Origin: Eledone cirrhosa
Taxonomy: Eukaryota
Assembly (NCBI GenBank): GCA_964016885.1
Contig: OZ024743.1
Coordinates: 39,370,001-39,434,000, forward strand
Reading direction: 5' to 3'
DNA length: 64,000 bases
Part shown: in pieces, positions 44,012-55,204 of the stretch
Numbering within the stretch: the first letter of the stretch is position 1
How the letters are laid out: each line of letters begins with the position of its first letter
Translations under genes and position numbers: made by a program
The notes under the pieces: model-generated
The model's input: the letters and a program-made list of their open reading frames with translations, nothing else
The model's database searches: none
Told to the model about the DNA's origin: nothing

Positions 44012-44282
44012 GTGTGAATTACTAGTAATCGTCGGGTATATACGATGGCCAGGCGGCGGTGGCGGACTTCCCGTAACACCCGACGCCTAAGACAGTTACA
44101 TTCCTGGAGTGCTGGGTAAAGTTAATTTCCATTTCTTTCGCTAGACGATATTACTCGGAATGGCTGGCCCGAAGTTAGGGCAGGGCTGGCCGGAGGTCTG
44201 CAGTCGCCGCTGGTGATTGACAGCTAAGCAAGGGCTTAATCTTTACTCTATATCCTACCCTGAAACGTTATCGTGACTATTT
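44012..44282 (+). ncRNA. candidate structured RNA unit 2 (diverged paralog of unit 1)
   Basis: Nested helices GCGGCGG/TCGCCGC, GCGGACTTCC/GGAGGTCTGC, CCTAA/TTAGG, CAGT/GCTG, CATTCC/GGAATG, GAGTG/TACTC and apical TCG-CTAGA-CGA. Confidence 0.45.
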
Positions 44283-44737
44283 ATAATACACTTAAACCTT
44301 TTAATAAAAGCCTCCAACTGTAAGTTCTTAAACTAAATCTCACAACCCAAACCGTAAATCTTATTTTTCTACTTTCATATTCTAACTATAAACATAAGTT
44401 TAACGTTTCTAATTGGTAAACGAAATTTCAGACGCCCACTATATATGTCTTTGTTGAAGATATATGTTCTTTGGAAACAACATTTTTCGCGGCAATTTCT
44501 ACCACGCATGATCAGCTTGATTGGGACATGACCTCAACGCTGACATTTTTCTTTGACAGGTAGGTTATAGCACCTTACAAGCCTGCGTCCCTCCACCAGA
44601 TGGTCATAAGTAGTCTTAATAATCAACACGTGAGGGCAGCTGACCGAAGTAGAAGCTGCTAAATAGTCGGTCGTCCTCTTGTATCTGATTTTCAGCCCCG
44701 TGGATTTGATCTCTTATATTTCTTTGTTATATTTTGA

Positions 44738-44795
44738 ATACCTGATGATGTCACCGGTTTCATACTGGACCCGGTCATTGAAATGATCATAGCAT
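44738..44795 (+). ncRNA. type I hammerhead variant
   Basis: ATAC-CTGATGA-TG..ACCGG...CCGGT-CA-TT-GAAA-TGATCA-TA-GCAT; palindromic stem III ATGATCAT. Confidence 0.55.
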
Positions 44796-44995
44796 AATAA
44801 ACCTTTCAAGGATTTACACCAGTCCAGCCTCCTGTTATTTTATAGTAATTAGCACCGTACTCGCACCACCAACTACACAAACGAAGACGGAAGAGTTGCA
44901 TTACGTTGAGTATTCTTCATAATATTACACCGAGGTTGACCATACGGAATGACCAGTTCTATCCAGTGGTGAACCAACAAAGATAAATATATATG

Positions 44996-45088
<93 letters not shown>

Positions 45089-45259
45089 CAATGGATAGAA
45101 TAATAGATAGATAGATATATAGATTGAGAGATAGATAGATATAGATATAGATATTTAATATGTACATATATATATAAATATATCACGTGTATGATAATTT
45201 AATCAGTCTGGACAGAAGCCACAGAATAAACACACACACGCACACACAGAGACACACAC

Positions 45260-45290
<31 letters not shown>

Positions 45291-45930
45291 GATTATATCA
45301 TATTATATTTCACGTGGTGGACGATAATTGTGCTTATTACCACTCTATATTTACGAAAGAATTACTGTCCGGGATGACTAGCCAGTAAGATTTGAATCCT
45401 ACTGTGTAACATTGTTATAAGTTAAACAATAATATGGTGACTTCAATTGAAGTTGAATTACTGAATCAGTTCCCCCGTTTCATATTAGAAACTGTTGAGG
45501 CAATAGCAAAAGATAAATACAGCCAATATTTAGATTATGGTGGAGAGTGGTTGTATTGTCGTCGTTCTAAATATTGGATCATTTATGATAATAATAACAA
45601 TACACAGATGATAATGAATAAATAGATAAATGAAATAGCTTAGGTACTAATAGCTACCAGCATTCAGTGAGCCACCTATACTCCACACACCCAGCTTGTG
45701 TGCTGAAATATGAAGTAGCCAACGTAAACAACATGTCATAACACACAGGTGTGCGATGTTGATATTGATAATGGTTTTGTTTAATTTTCGATATCATTAA
45801 ATGATTCCTCTTTAGAATATTTAATATTTATTTCCTAGATACATAGACTCACTAGAGATATTGGAAAATTACAAATATTATAATGCAATATAATATACTG
45901 TAATAATATGATATAATTTAATATGATACC

Positions 45931-46006
<76 letters not shown>

Positions 46007-47764
46007 GATATTAAACAAATGGAAACTATATTTATAAAACCATATTTATTTCATTATACATATTTCGGGGATACCATATTAAAAATATGGCATGCCTTCT
46101 TCAGATAAAATACAATATATAAACAGTTTTATAAATAATTTTGACGTACCATAAATATTGAGCAACCGTTATGTAGGAAGCCGTTTTGGTAGTGAGATGC
46201 TTATAAATATTTAGTGTTAAGCACAGTTAAAAAGAAAGACGGAGAAAACGAAGAAATGTATGTAAAGAAAAACAGAGAGAAATAGAGAGAGATAGGGGAG
46301 AGAGAGATAGTGAGGAGGTGAAAAAAGAGAGCAGCTGAAGGCAACAGATGAATAATAAAAATTCATCAAACAAATTGAGAGATTTAGGAGGGAGGGAGTA
46401 GTGTAATTATTTAGTTATAGTGTTAAGGACAGTTATGGAGGAGATGGAGAGAAAAAATGAAGAGAAAACAGAGAGAGAGAAAGATAGAGGTGGGGGGAAA
46501 AAAGAAAGAGGTAGACAAAATAATAATAATTATATAGGGGCAGGTGAAAATCAAGAGAGAAATACAAAAGAGAAATAGGAGAGAAATAAGAGAGAAACTC
46601 GAGAGGCAAAATCAGAACAACAGATACATAGACTTCATCATATATAAAGAGGGAGGAGAAGAAAGAGCTATATCTAGAGAGAGGGATGATAGATTTACAT
46701 CTTTACGTTATGTCCTATCAATTTGAATTATCAATTCATATTAACTGGGTAATATAATGTAAATATCAATATTCATGAATGAGACATAGATATATAATGT
46801 GTTAAAATAATTTTGCTCAATAATGACCATGTGTTTAGTTTAAAATTCTGAGGTCGATGTACCAAAAACTGAGATAAAACCTCAAAAAAACGGAAATATA
46901 TAAGTATATGCATACACATGCATATGCACTTTCCGGAAAAGGAAAGAAAGAGAGAAAGAGAAGGTCATCTCAAGTTCTAGTTGATATTATAGACATACCC
47001 ATGATTTTACGTGATCACCTCTGTAATCTCTTGTTTCACAAAAAAATTTTGTTTTCCTTGTGTTATAAAAGATTTAACTATATATACATAACAAAATAAA
47101 CGATTAATATTCCTGCCCTCACATACATGATTATCGTTCATGTATAGAATATTATGCATATCTGTAACATATCCAGAACTATAGCCACACATACATATAG
47201 ATATATATGTATATATATATGCACACATACATGTACATGGACAGATAAAATATACTCTGTAATCATTCCATATGCATATTAATACATATGGCCTTTGTAC
47301 AGAGGCAACCATATATCAATATATCAGCACAGAAATATCAAAGCGTTAAAATATTTTCATCACTCCCTAGAGTATCTCGGGCCACAAAAAAACACAGTAT
47401 GCCCCTTATATCAACCACAGAAATCTACCCTTCCAATTTATCTGACAATATATTGCCAAGTTCATTAGAAGCAATCAGAATCAAAAAGCAAACAAAAAAA
47501 CAAAAATTACTCAACAAACTTATTTAGCAGAAATCATTTAAAGGATTTAGGAGACCCTGTTGTTCTACGGATGCTCTTATATTTAGTATAGAAGTTTATC
47601 TTGCGTAAAAATGTATTCAATAGATTGGGAGCATCCACATTTTAGAGTAGTTTAATTACATCATTAATTTATAATTATGAAGAAGGTTTAAAAGAAAAAG
47701 TTGAAGGAATCGAAAGATTTATCGTCAGGTTTCATACATTAATTAAATATCTTAATTAAGTATA

Positions 47765-48240
47765 CTACATTTTAAATGTATATTTATATTTAAACGTTGA
47801 GTTCAATCTATGTCTGCAGCAACTGAATAAATTGCTCCTTAAATTAAGGGAATTTTTGGATTTTAATATAAAGAATATCTCCTCCACACAGAGGTCACAT
47901 GCCTCAGATGAGGAATTAAAAGGAATCCCTCTCGAGACAATATTCCAAAACATCGAATACCCAACGTTATCATGCTTAAGTTGCCAGAGTAAGCCTGATA
48001 GTGAGGTTGAAGATTTTTTGTTTGGATCTGTGAAAGAATTCTTATGAGAATTGTAGCGAAGTTTAAATTCTGTCGAGGTGGAACCAACAAGTTAAAAGAA
48101 TTTAAGTTAGTTTTAACATTACAATTGTATATTATACTTTTAACTAAGCAATTGTTATTTAACGGACATTTAGATTTATTTCTACAGTTACAATTGTTTA
48201 ATTGAATATTGTTTTGGTTATTATCGGTATTTTGGTTAGA
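47765..48240 (-). pseudogene. PLE family B-type GIY-YIG endonuclease fragment
   Basis: NCNCRNKSKCPLNNNC..IIYNC../VGSTSTEFKLRYNSHKNSF..SLSGLLWQLK..W..CDLCVEE..LNLRSNLFSCCRHR. Confidence 0.8.
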
Positions 48241-48424
48241 TTTTAGATTCCTATGTATTTACACTTTAGTATTTACACTTTAGTTAATGTATTTACACAT
48301 TAGTTAATATTTTTAATTATCGTGTGTCTACGCTGCCTTTCATAGGCTATAGATTCCATACACTGGTGGTTTTTCCCTGTTTTATTGATAGCGCACTGTA
48401 TCTCTCTCTAGTGTGTTACCTTTT

Positions 48425-48457
<33 letters not shown>

Positions 48458-48477
48458 ATGTTGTGCCAACCTCCGGT

Positions 48478-48778
48478 AGGTATGTATATTCCCTCTGATA
48501 GTTTGTATAAATATTGTACATAGATCTATAGAATATGCATACCAACTCCAACACATATATATCCTAGAAACGATCGTAAAATAATGAATTTTTTTTTATA
48601 TAAGGAACTGTTACTTTGTTTATTAATTATTTTTTTTAATAATTCATCTTGACTCTGTTTTCCGTTTATTTTTCACCGAAAGTAGTTTTTGAATGCATCT
48701 TCTCTTTTCATGATATCCGGATTACATTGAGTATTTCATACGGATTGGACACTACCGTAAACTTTTGGTAGATTTTTC

Positions 48779-48785
<7 letters not shown>
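48478..48785 (+). mobile_element. PLE family B pLTR end with tail
   Basis: Matches 25380-25540 directly and 23134-23410 in reverse. Confidence 0.8.
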
Positions 48786-48825
<40 letters not shown>

Positions 48826-49246
48826 CGCTATCAATAAAACAGGGAAAACCACCAGTGGTTATTTCATTTCTATCAATAGTGGGTTATTTCATTTCCCTGT
48901 TTTATTGATAGCGCACTGTATCTCACTCTAGTGTGTTACTTTTTCAACATATTGTATTTTAAAGAGATCAGGATTTCTTCTCCTTTGAAGACATTATTGA
49001 CAGGGAATAGCGAGAGTCTATGGCTCCGTTAATATATCGTGATATTTCGCTCCTTATAACAGTCTTTCCTCTCTCTCTGTTTGGTTGAGCAAACTCCTCT
49101 GAGTGGGTTTGGGCTGCCCCTTCTAGCAGCTCATCCCTCAGGGGCCACTGATTCACTGCCCTTAAACACGCTGTGACTTCTCTCTCCCACGTGTAGCTGG
49201 ACGGTCGCTTTAAATTATCTTAGTGTTGTCTGAAATGTATAGCCTT

Positions 49247-49328
49247 ACACACGCTGATGAACCGGGGTTATTTGATTTGTGTCAACAACTTACTGGCAAA
49301 ATAGATCTTTTTGGATTTGTACGTGTGT
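49247..49328 (+). ncRNA. type I hammerhead with full stem III, inactivated by G12A
   Basis: ACACACG-CTGATGA-ACCGG..CTGGC-AAAA-TAGATC-TTTTTG-GATTTG-TA-CGTGTGT; 7-bp stem I, 7-bp stem III, GUA triplet. Confidence 0.6.
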
Positions 49329-49566
49329 TTTATAGTTATAGAGGTATGTATTCACACTTTAGTTAATATTTTTACTTATCGTGTGTCTACTCTGCCTTTC
49401 ATAGTTTATATATTCAATACACTGGTGGTTTTTCCCTGTTTTATTGATAGCCCACTGTATCTCTCTCTAGTTTCAGGATATTGTATTTTTAAGAGGTCAG
49501 GATTTCTTCCCCTTTGGGCACATTATTGACAGGGAATAGCGAGATTCTATGGGTGCGTTAATTTAT

Positions 49567-49676
<110 letters not shown>

Positions 49677-49800
49677 TTAGGGTAAATATTGATGCAATTC
49701 AATTCAAGCACTCAACGTAATTATTCCACATAGGAGTGACGGAGTAAATATCGAATAAGGTAAAGCGAACTAGTTTCAGATGATCAAGTCTTTTAATAAT

Positions 49801-49979
49801 AATTGTTTCTACTTTTAGGCACAAGGCCAGCAATTAACCAGTGTATTACTGGTACTTTATTTTAGCGACCCCGTAAGGATTAAAGGCAAAGTTAACCTCG
49901 GCGGGATTTGAACTCAGATTGTAAAGGGACGTAACTATGCTGGAAAGCATGGCGTCCGACGCTCTACCGATACTGCCAA
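49801..49979 (-). mobile_element. tRNA-derived SINE (same family as 23438)
   Basis: Near-full family sequence, present only in the left arm of the fold-back. Confidence 0.9.
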
Positions 49980-50768
49980 ATGCTGTGATATATATTTCAA
50001 TGGCGACAGTGGCCACACTATTCCGTACCCCAGTGCCGCGACATCGTCAGACAGCTTGTTACATAATAAGGTTATGTTTCCGAGGCAATCCAAATTGAAT
50101 CGACATGGGAACGGACTAAGTGTGTGCTCTTGGGTTCTTCATCCATTCCCTTGTGAGTAGCAATTCACCCCCAGCGGTCTGCGCAGGCGCAAGTCCGAAG
50201 GAAGTTGACCATTAGCTACCGCAGATTTCAACGAAATTCGCCTAGTCAGTTCCCCCTCTCAACCAAACAATGACCCATTCAGGCCTGTTTTATAGCTTAC
50301 TGCTAGCCACCCATTCTGTGGCAGTCAGCCAATGGCCAGTGGGGATGGGAGAGTGTGAGTATCAATAGGTCTCAATACATTAAACATGGACAGTATAATT
50401 GACCATCAACCTCAAAGAGAATATATACTTAATTCCAGGTATCATGTTTTCACAGTGGAAGTTATGAATGAGAGTTTGAAATTAGAACTAAGAATTCAAT
50501 ATTCAAAATCGGGGTGGCTAGCAGTAAGCTATATATAACAGGCCTGAATGGGTCATTATTTGGTTGAGAAGGTGAGCTGACTAGGCGAAGTTCGTTGAAA
50601 TCTGCGGTAGCTAATGGTCAACTTCCTTCGGACCAGCGCCTGCGCAGACCGGTGGGGGTGAATTGGTACTCACAAGGGAACGGATGAAGAACACAAGAAT
50701 ACACACTTCGTCCGTTCCCATGTCGAATCAATTTGGATTGTCTCGGAAACAACCTTATTATGTAACAC

Positions 50769-50842
50769 GCTGTCTGACGATGTCGCGGCACTGGCGCACG
50801 GAACGGTGTCGCCACTGTCTCCATTGAAATATATATCACAGC
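50769..50842 (+). ncRNA. type I hammerhead variant (mirror copy 49982-50055, minus strand)
   Basis: GCTGT-CTGACGA-TG..GCGGCACTG/CGGTGTCGC..CA-TT-GAAA-TATATA-TC-ACAGC; AUC triplet. Confidence 0.6.
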
Positions 50843-50900
50843 ATTATTATTTAAAGAGTTACATCTGAAATTACTTTGCTTTTCCTTATTCTCTCTCTCT

Positions 50901-52188
50901 CTATATATATCATAAAATATGTATTTAGAATCACTAGATATAATATATACCATTTCCTCTCCTAATTAACCATATAAAAAATCAATTAGACCAAGCTATG
51001 AGAATAGGGGCTCCTATGAAGAAATCTCCGACAAATAACCGAAAGCAGCCTCTTCGCGGTGGCTACTGTAGATTATTTATCTAACATTTCGACAGCATGT
51101 AAAGATCGATCAGATATACAGTCAACTAAACACAATTAGGTGTAAAATTAAACTTAGAACAATTGCGTACATACCTAATTACCTCTACCATGGTTTCATC
51201 CGTATTTTAAGACATTCGATAACATGGAATGTCCAGAGCTTCGGAATCATCAGGAGCGAGCTCAAAATAAGACATTTAATTTTCCAAAGTGATGGTGCCA
51301 AAAATACATTCAAAAATGGATAAGAATCCTGACGTGGCAGCGGTCAAGTTAGAAAGGATGTGATTAGTTGCTTACGGCGGGTAGGCTTATTGCTAGAAAG
51401 CGCAGCCCAATACCGCCAAATTGTATCTCAACCTAACGGGAGATTATTACATATAAAGATTTACATATATATATAAAGTCATAGATATATATGTGTTTTG
51501 CAACCTGTTACGTTGTGGCTCAATGAGAAATTAATAAATTAAATTAAATAATCAGTGCTATATATCATAAAATATGTCTTTAGTGTCACTAGATATAATA
51601 TATACCATTTCCTCTCTGTTAGTATAATTAACCATATAAAAAATCAATTAGACCAAGCTATAAGAATATAGGCTCCTATGAAGAAATCTCCGACAAATAA
51701 CCGAAAGCAACCCCTTCGCGGTGGCTACAATAGATTATGTATCTAACATTTCGACAGCATGTAAAATTCGACCAGATATACAGTCAACTAAACACAATTA
51801 GGTGTAAAATTGAACTTAGAAGAATTGCGTACATATCTAATTACCTCTGCCATGGTTTCATCCGTATTTTAAGACATCCGATAACAAGGAATGTCCAGAG
51901 CATCGGAATCAGCCACCGCGAAGGGGCTGCCTTCGGTTATTTGTAGGAGATTTCTTCATAGGAACCTTTATTCTTATAGCTTGGTCTAATTGATTTTTTA
52001 TACGGTTAATTATACTAATTGGGAGAGGAAATGGTATATATTATATCTAGTGATTCTAAAGACATATTTTCTGATATATAGCTCTGATTATTTTATTTTA
52101 TTTATTAATTTCTCATGGAGCCACAACGTGACCGGTTGCACAACACATATATATCTATGACTTTATATATATATGTAAATCTTTATAT
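50901..52188. mobile_element. tandem plus inverted pLTR copies of another PLE-type family
   Basis: Direct repeat 50901-51250 vs 51558-51910; inverted repeat 51450-51726 vs 51911-52188. Confidence 0.8.
51183..51256 (-). ncRNA. type I hammerhead variant with extended stem II
   Basis: Minus strand reads CTC-CTGATGA-T-TCCG..GACATTC/GAATGTC..CGGA-T-GAAA-CCATGG-TA-GAG. Confidence 0.62.
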
Positions 52189-52193
52189 ATATA

Positions 52194-52700
52194 TATTGTT
52201 ATACTTGGGGAGGGTCATATATGTGTAATATTGCCAGAATTAATAACAGAACACACTCACTGTTTGGTTGGTTTTCGCTTCTCGCTGTCTTTTATATCGG
52301 TAATCTAACTTACTCGATCCTCAATGTTGCCATTGACTGACCGACGGTCAAAAATAATACAGATACAATATAGACACAAACACATATATATAGTTTATCA
52401 TAAATCTTTCGTTGCACATCTGCAACATCGTCAGTGGTGTTATATTTTCCTCCTGTTGTCTTGTATGTCTACGCCATTTTTATTCAGTCTGTCTATATTT
52501 TAAATTATTTATTTGCTTGTTTGTTTATTTTATTTTAATTTATTTTATTTTATTTTATTTTATTTTGTCTTCTTTGCGCATGCGTTTGCGTGTGTGTATA
52601 GTGTTATGTTTGCTGTGTGATGGGTGACTAGTGTGTGTTTATGTGCTTGTTGTTATTGAGCTTGTGTATGTATTTATTTATTTATTTATGTGTGTGTGTG
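52194..52700 (-). mobile_element. pLTR of a sister family of PLE-A
   Basis: Shares the ~25-bp terminus TATTGTTATACTT.GGGAGGGTCAT, the AAAATGGCG and GCGCATGCG motifs and a hammerhead with family A; the rest is diverged. Confidence 0.7.
52397..52438 (-). ncRNA. minimal type I hammerhead
   Basis: Minus strand reads ACCA-CTGACGA-T-GTTGCA-GATG-TGCAAC-GAAA-GATT-TA-TGAT. Confidence 0.7.
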
Positions 52701-52703
52701 TAC

Positions 52704-52761
<58 letters not shown>

Positions 52762-52765
<4 letters not shown>

Positions 52766-53849
52766 CGTTTCTGAATGTGTTTACCAAGATTCTTTATCTG
52801 AATTCGTGTGTTGAAACCGATATTGTTATACTTTGGGAGGGTCATGTTTGAATAGAATAGAAAGAACTAGGAACAAGGCCAATAGAATAAACTCATGGTA
52901 TGATAGCAATAAATACCAGAGTGTAATGTTCATCGATACAACCCCTAGAGGTGAATTAGCTTACAAACTTAGAAGGGCCCTAAATAAACATAAACTCAAT
53001 ATTAATATAGTAGAAAGACCAGGTACCTCCGTAAAAACAATTATTAGCAAGACATACCCTTTTCAAAGACCCTCATGTATAGATAAGAAATGTATAACCT
53101 GTAAAATAAGCCCCCATATTAACTGTAAAACTAGAAATGTAGTGTATAGTATAAGATGTACTGAAGGACAAAGTAGAGACAAAAATATAGTGTACATAGG
53201 TGAGACAGCTCGTAGTGTAGGGGAACGGATAAATGAACACTGGCGAGACCTTCAAGATAGAAAAGAATCATCTGTACTCTATCAACATGCTAAAATAGAA
53301 CACAAGGTTAAACTAGAGAACATAGAAATAAAAATAGAATCTACACACAGAAAAGACGCAATGTTTAGACAAATTACAGAGGCAATAAACATTAAAAAAA
53401 AAAAAGAAGTACAACCAAAATTAAATAGAAAATATGAGTGGAACAGCAACATCACAACTTACAATTAAGGACAAAATGAAAACACATACACACATAGAAC
53501 AAACAACTAACCAGTAACATGTAAATAAACAAACAAATAAATGAACATAAACACACACAGACACCCGGATGTGGCGCATGCGCAGACTGAGCACACAACA
53601 CACACACAGAAACAAAATGGCGTAGGACAGAACAAAGGAGAGGCACCAAAACAAAGAAAGGAATCCCCAGTCACTGAAGAGGTCACAGAGTGTGTGACGA
53701 AAGAACTATCACAATATATAAACAACTATCTCATTGTGGAACCAACCAACCAACCAGAAATTTATAAATTTATAAATTTATTATAATAAATTGAAGTGAA
53801 AGCACTGGTGCTTGTGTTTGTTATTGGCAACATGACCCTCCCAAAGTAT

Positions 53850-53856
<7 letters not shown>
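52762..53856 (+). mobile_element. PLE family A 3' copy (GIY-YIG ORF 52833-53468 plus pLTR) with short inverted pLTR end
   Basis: VVYSIRC..YIGETARS..LNRKYEW; the 5' end has ~27 bp of inverted terminus plus a ~60-bp tail; hammerhead at ~53669-53713. Confidence 0.9.
53564..53622 (+). promoter_or_regulatory. putative pLTR internal promoter (ETS-, NRF1- and YY1-like motifs)
   Basis: CCGGATGT, GCGCATGCGCA and CAAAATGGCG in series, directly upstream of the hammerhead; retained with substitutions in the other copies. Confidence 0.4.
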
Positions 53857-53930
<74 letters not shown>

Positions 53931-54059
53931 AATATATATATATATGTCGACAGTCGATCGAATTTCCTTGTATCTGTCCGAGGAAGCAATGTTTCCATTG
54001 CCTATTCAATTGCTAATACAAACTAACGTTCGCAACCCCACGGAGATGGAGCAACGTCA

Positions 54060-54170
54060 AATAAATTGTCTTGCTCACGGACTTTACGCATCAGCCAGTC
54101 CGAGAATCGAATTGCGCAACGTCACGATTGCGAATCCAATTATTTAACCACTCATCCACGTGCCTTCGCC
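54060..54170 (-). mobile_element. degenerate tRNA-derived SINE, second family
   Basis: Minus strand has A box TGGATGAGTGG, B-box-like ATTCGATTCT, then GAGCAAGACA. Confidence 0.5.
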
Positions 54171-54985
54171 ACACTCACACTAACACACACACACACACAC
54201 ACACATACACACACATATACACCCACACACATACGCCCATAAACACCCACACCCACACAAACACACAAACATACACACACACATACACACATTTTATGTA
54301 TCTATATATAGATATATGGGTATCTGTCTGTGTGTGTGTATGTGTATCATATCCTTTCCAGTTTCTCATTACAGTCATTTAAAGAAAGGTGGGCAGATTA
54401 GAAATATCTGGGCAGGTAAATAAAACAACAGGTTATTCACTAACATCTACGTTGCATCCGAAAAAGCTGCTATTACATATACATACATATATGCATATAT
54501 ACATAGATACATACATCCACACGTACATACATAAATATATGTATGCATGTCTGTTTAAGTGTAGTATCAAAGAAGTATATATTTCAAGTGTCATCTTATT
54601 TTTCTCTCTCTTTCTCACTCTCTCTCTCTTCCTCTCTCTTGCGTTCTCAGAATTCTGAAATAAAAGTATTTTCTCAACATGTGTATCTTTAATATAGTTC
54701 TTAGATTAATCACGTCTCAGCGTATACAGCATCAATTAATGCTGCAATATATCCGGTGGTCTTTTACACAAATTTCATACGCTGACGACTTTCAAATACA
54801 AGTCTTGTATCACCCTGAAGCTCTGGGCATGTTAATTGCCAAGATTTAAAATAATTGAAATAAAACTGAGATATCATGTCAACGATCCGAATATCTTAAT
54901 ATTTCATAGATCTTTACGTCCTTTGAGTAGATTTGTTAGATACATTTCACATAAGTCACTCCCTTTCTCCCTACCTACCTATCTA

Positions 54986-55045
<60 letters not shown>

Positions 55046-55111
55046 TTTCTATCTATTTATCTTTGTATCTATCTATCTGTCTATCTATGTGTATCTCTAC
55101 CTATCCCTCTG

Positions 55112-55172
<61 letters not shown>

Positions 55173-55204
55173 ATATCGATATGTCTCTCCATCTAAGTGT
55201 CTAT

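Larger units (their letters stand above)
49680..50892. mobile_element. non-coding fold-back element with hammerhead in each arm
   Basis: Arms ~49753-50312 (containing a SINE) and ~50511-50892 are inverted around a ~200-bp spacer; flanked by microsatellite. Confidence 0.8.

Noticed and set aside
43705-44282. Resemblance to 7SK (GGATGTG, GATC), a tRNA A box, telomerase RNA or viral IRES motifs
   Set aside because: These short matches are in only one unit or on the strand disfavoured by G-U pairing. No Pol III terminator, template repeat or RNase P/MRP conserved boxes were seen.
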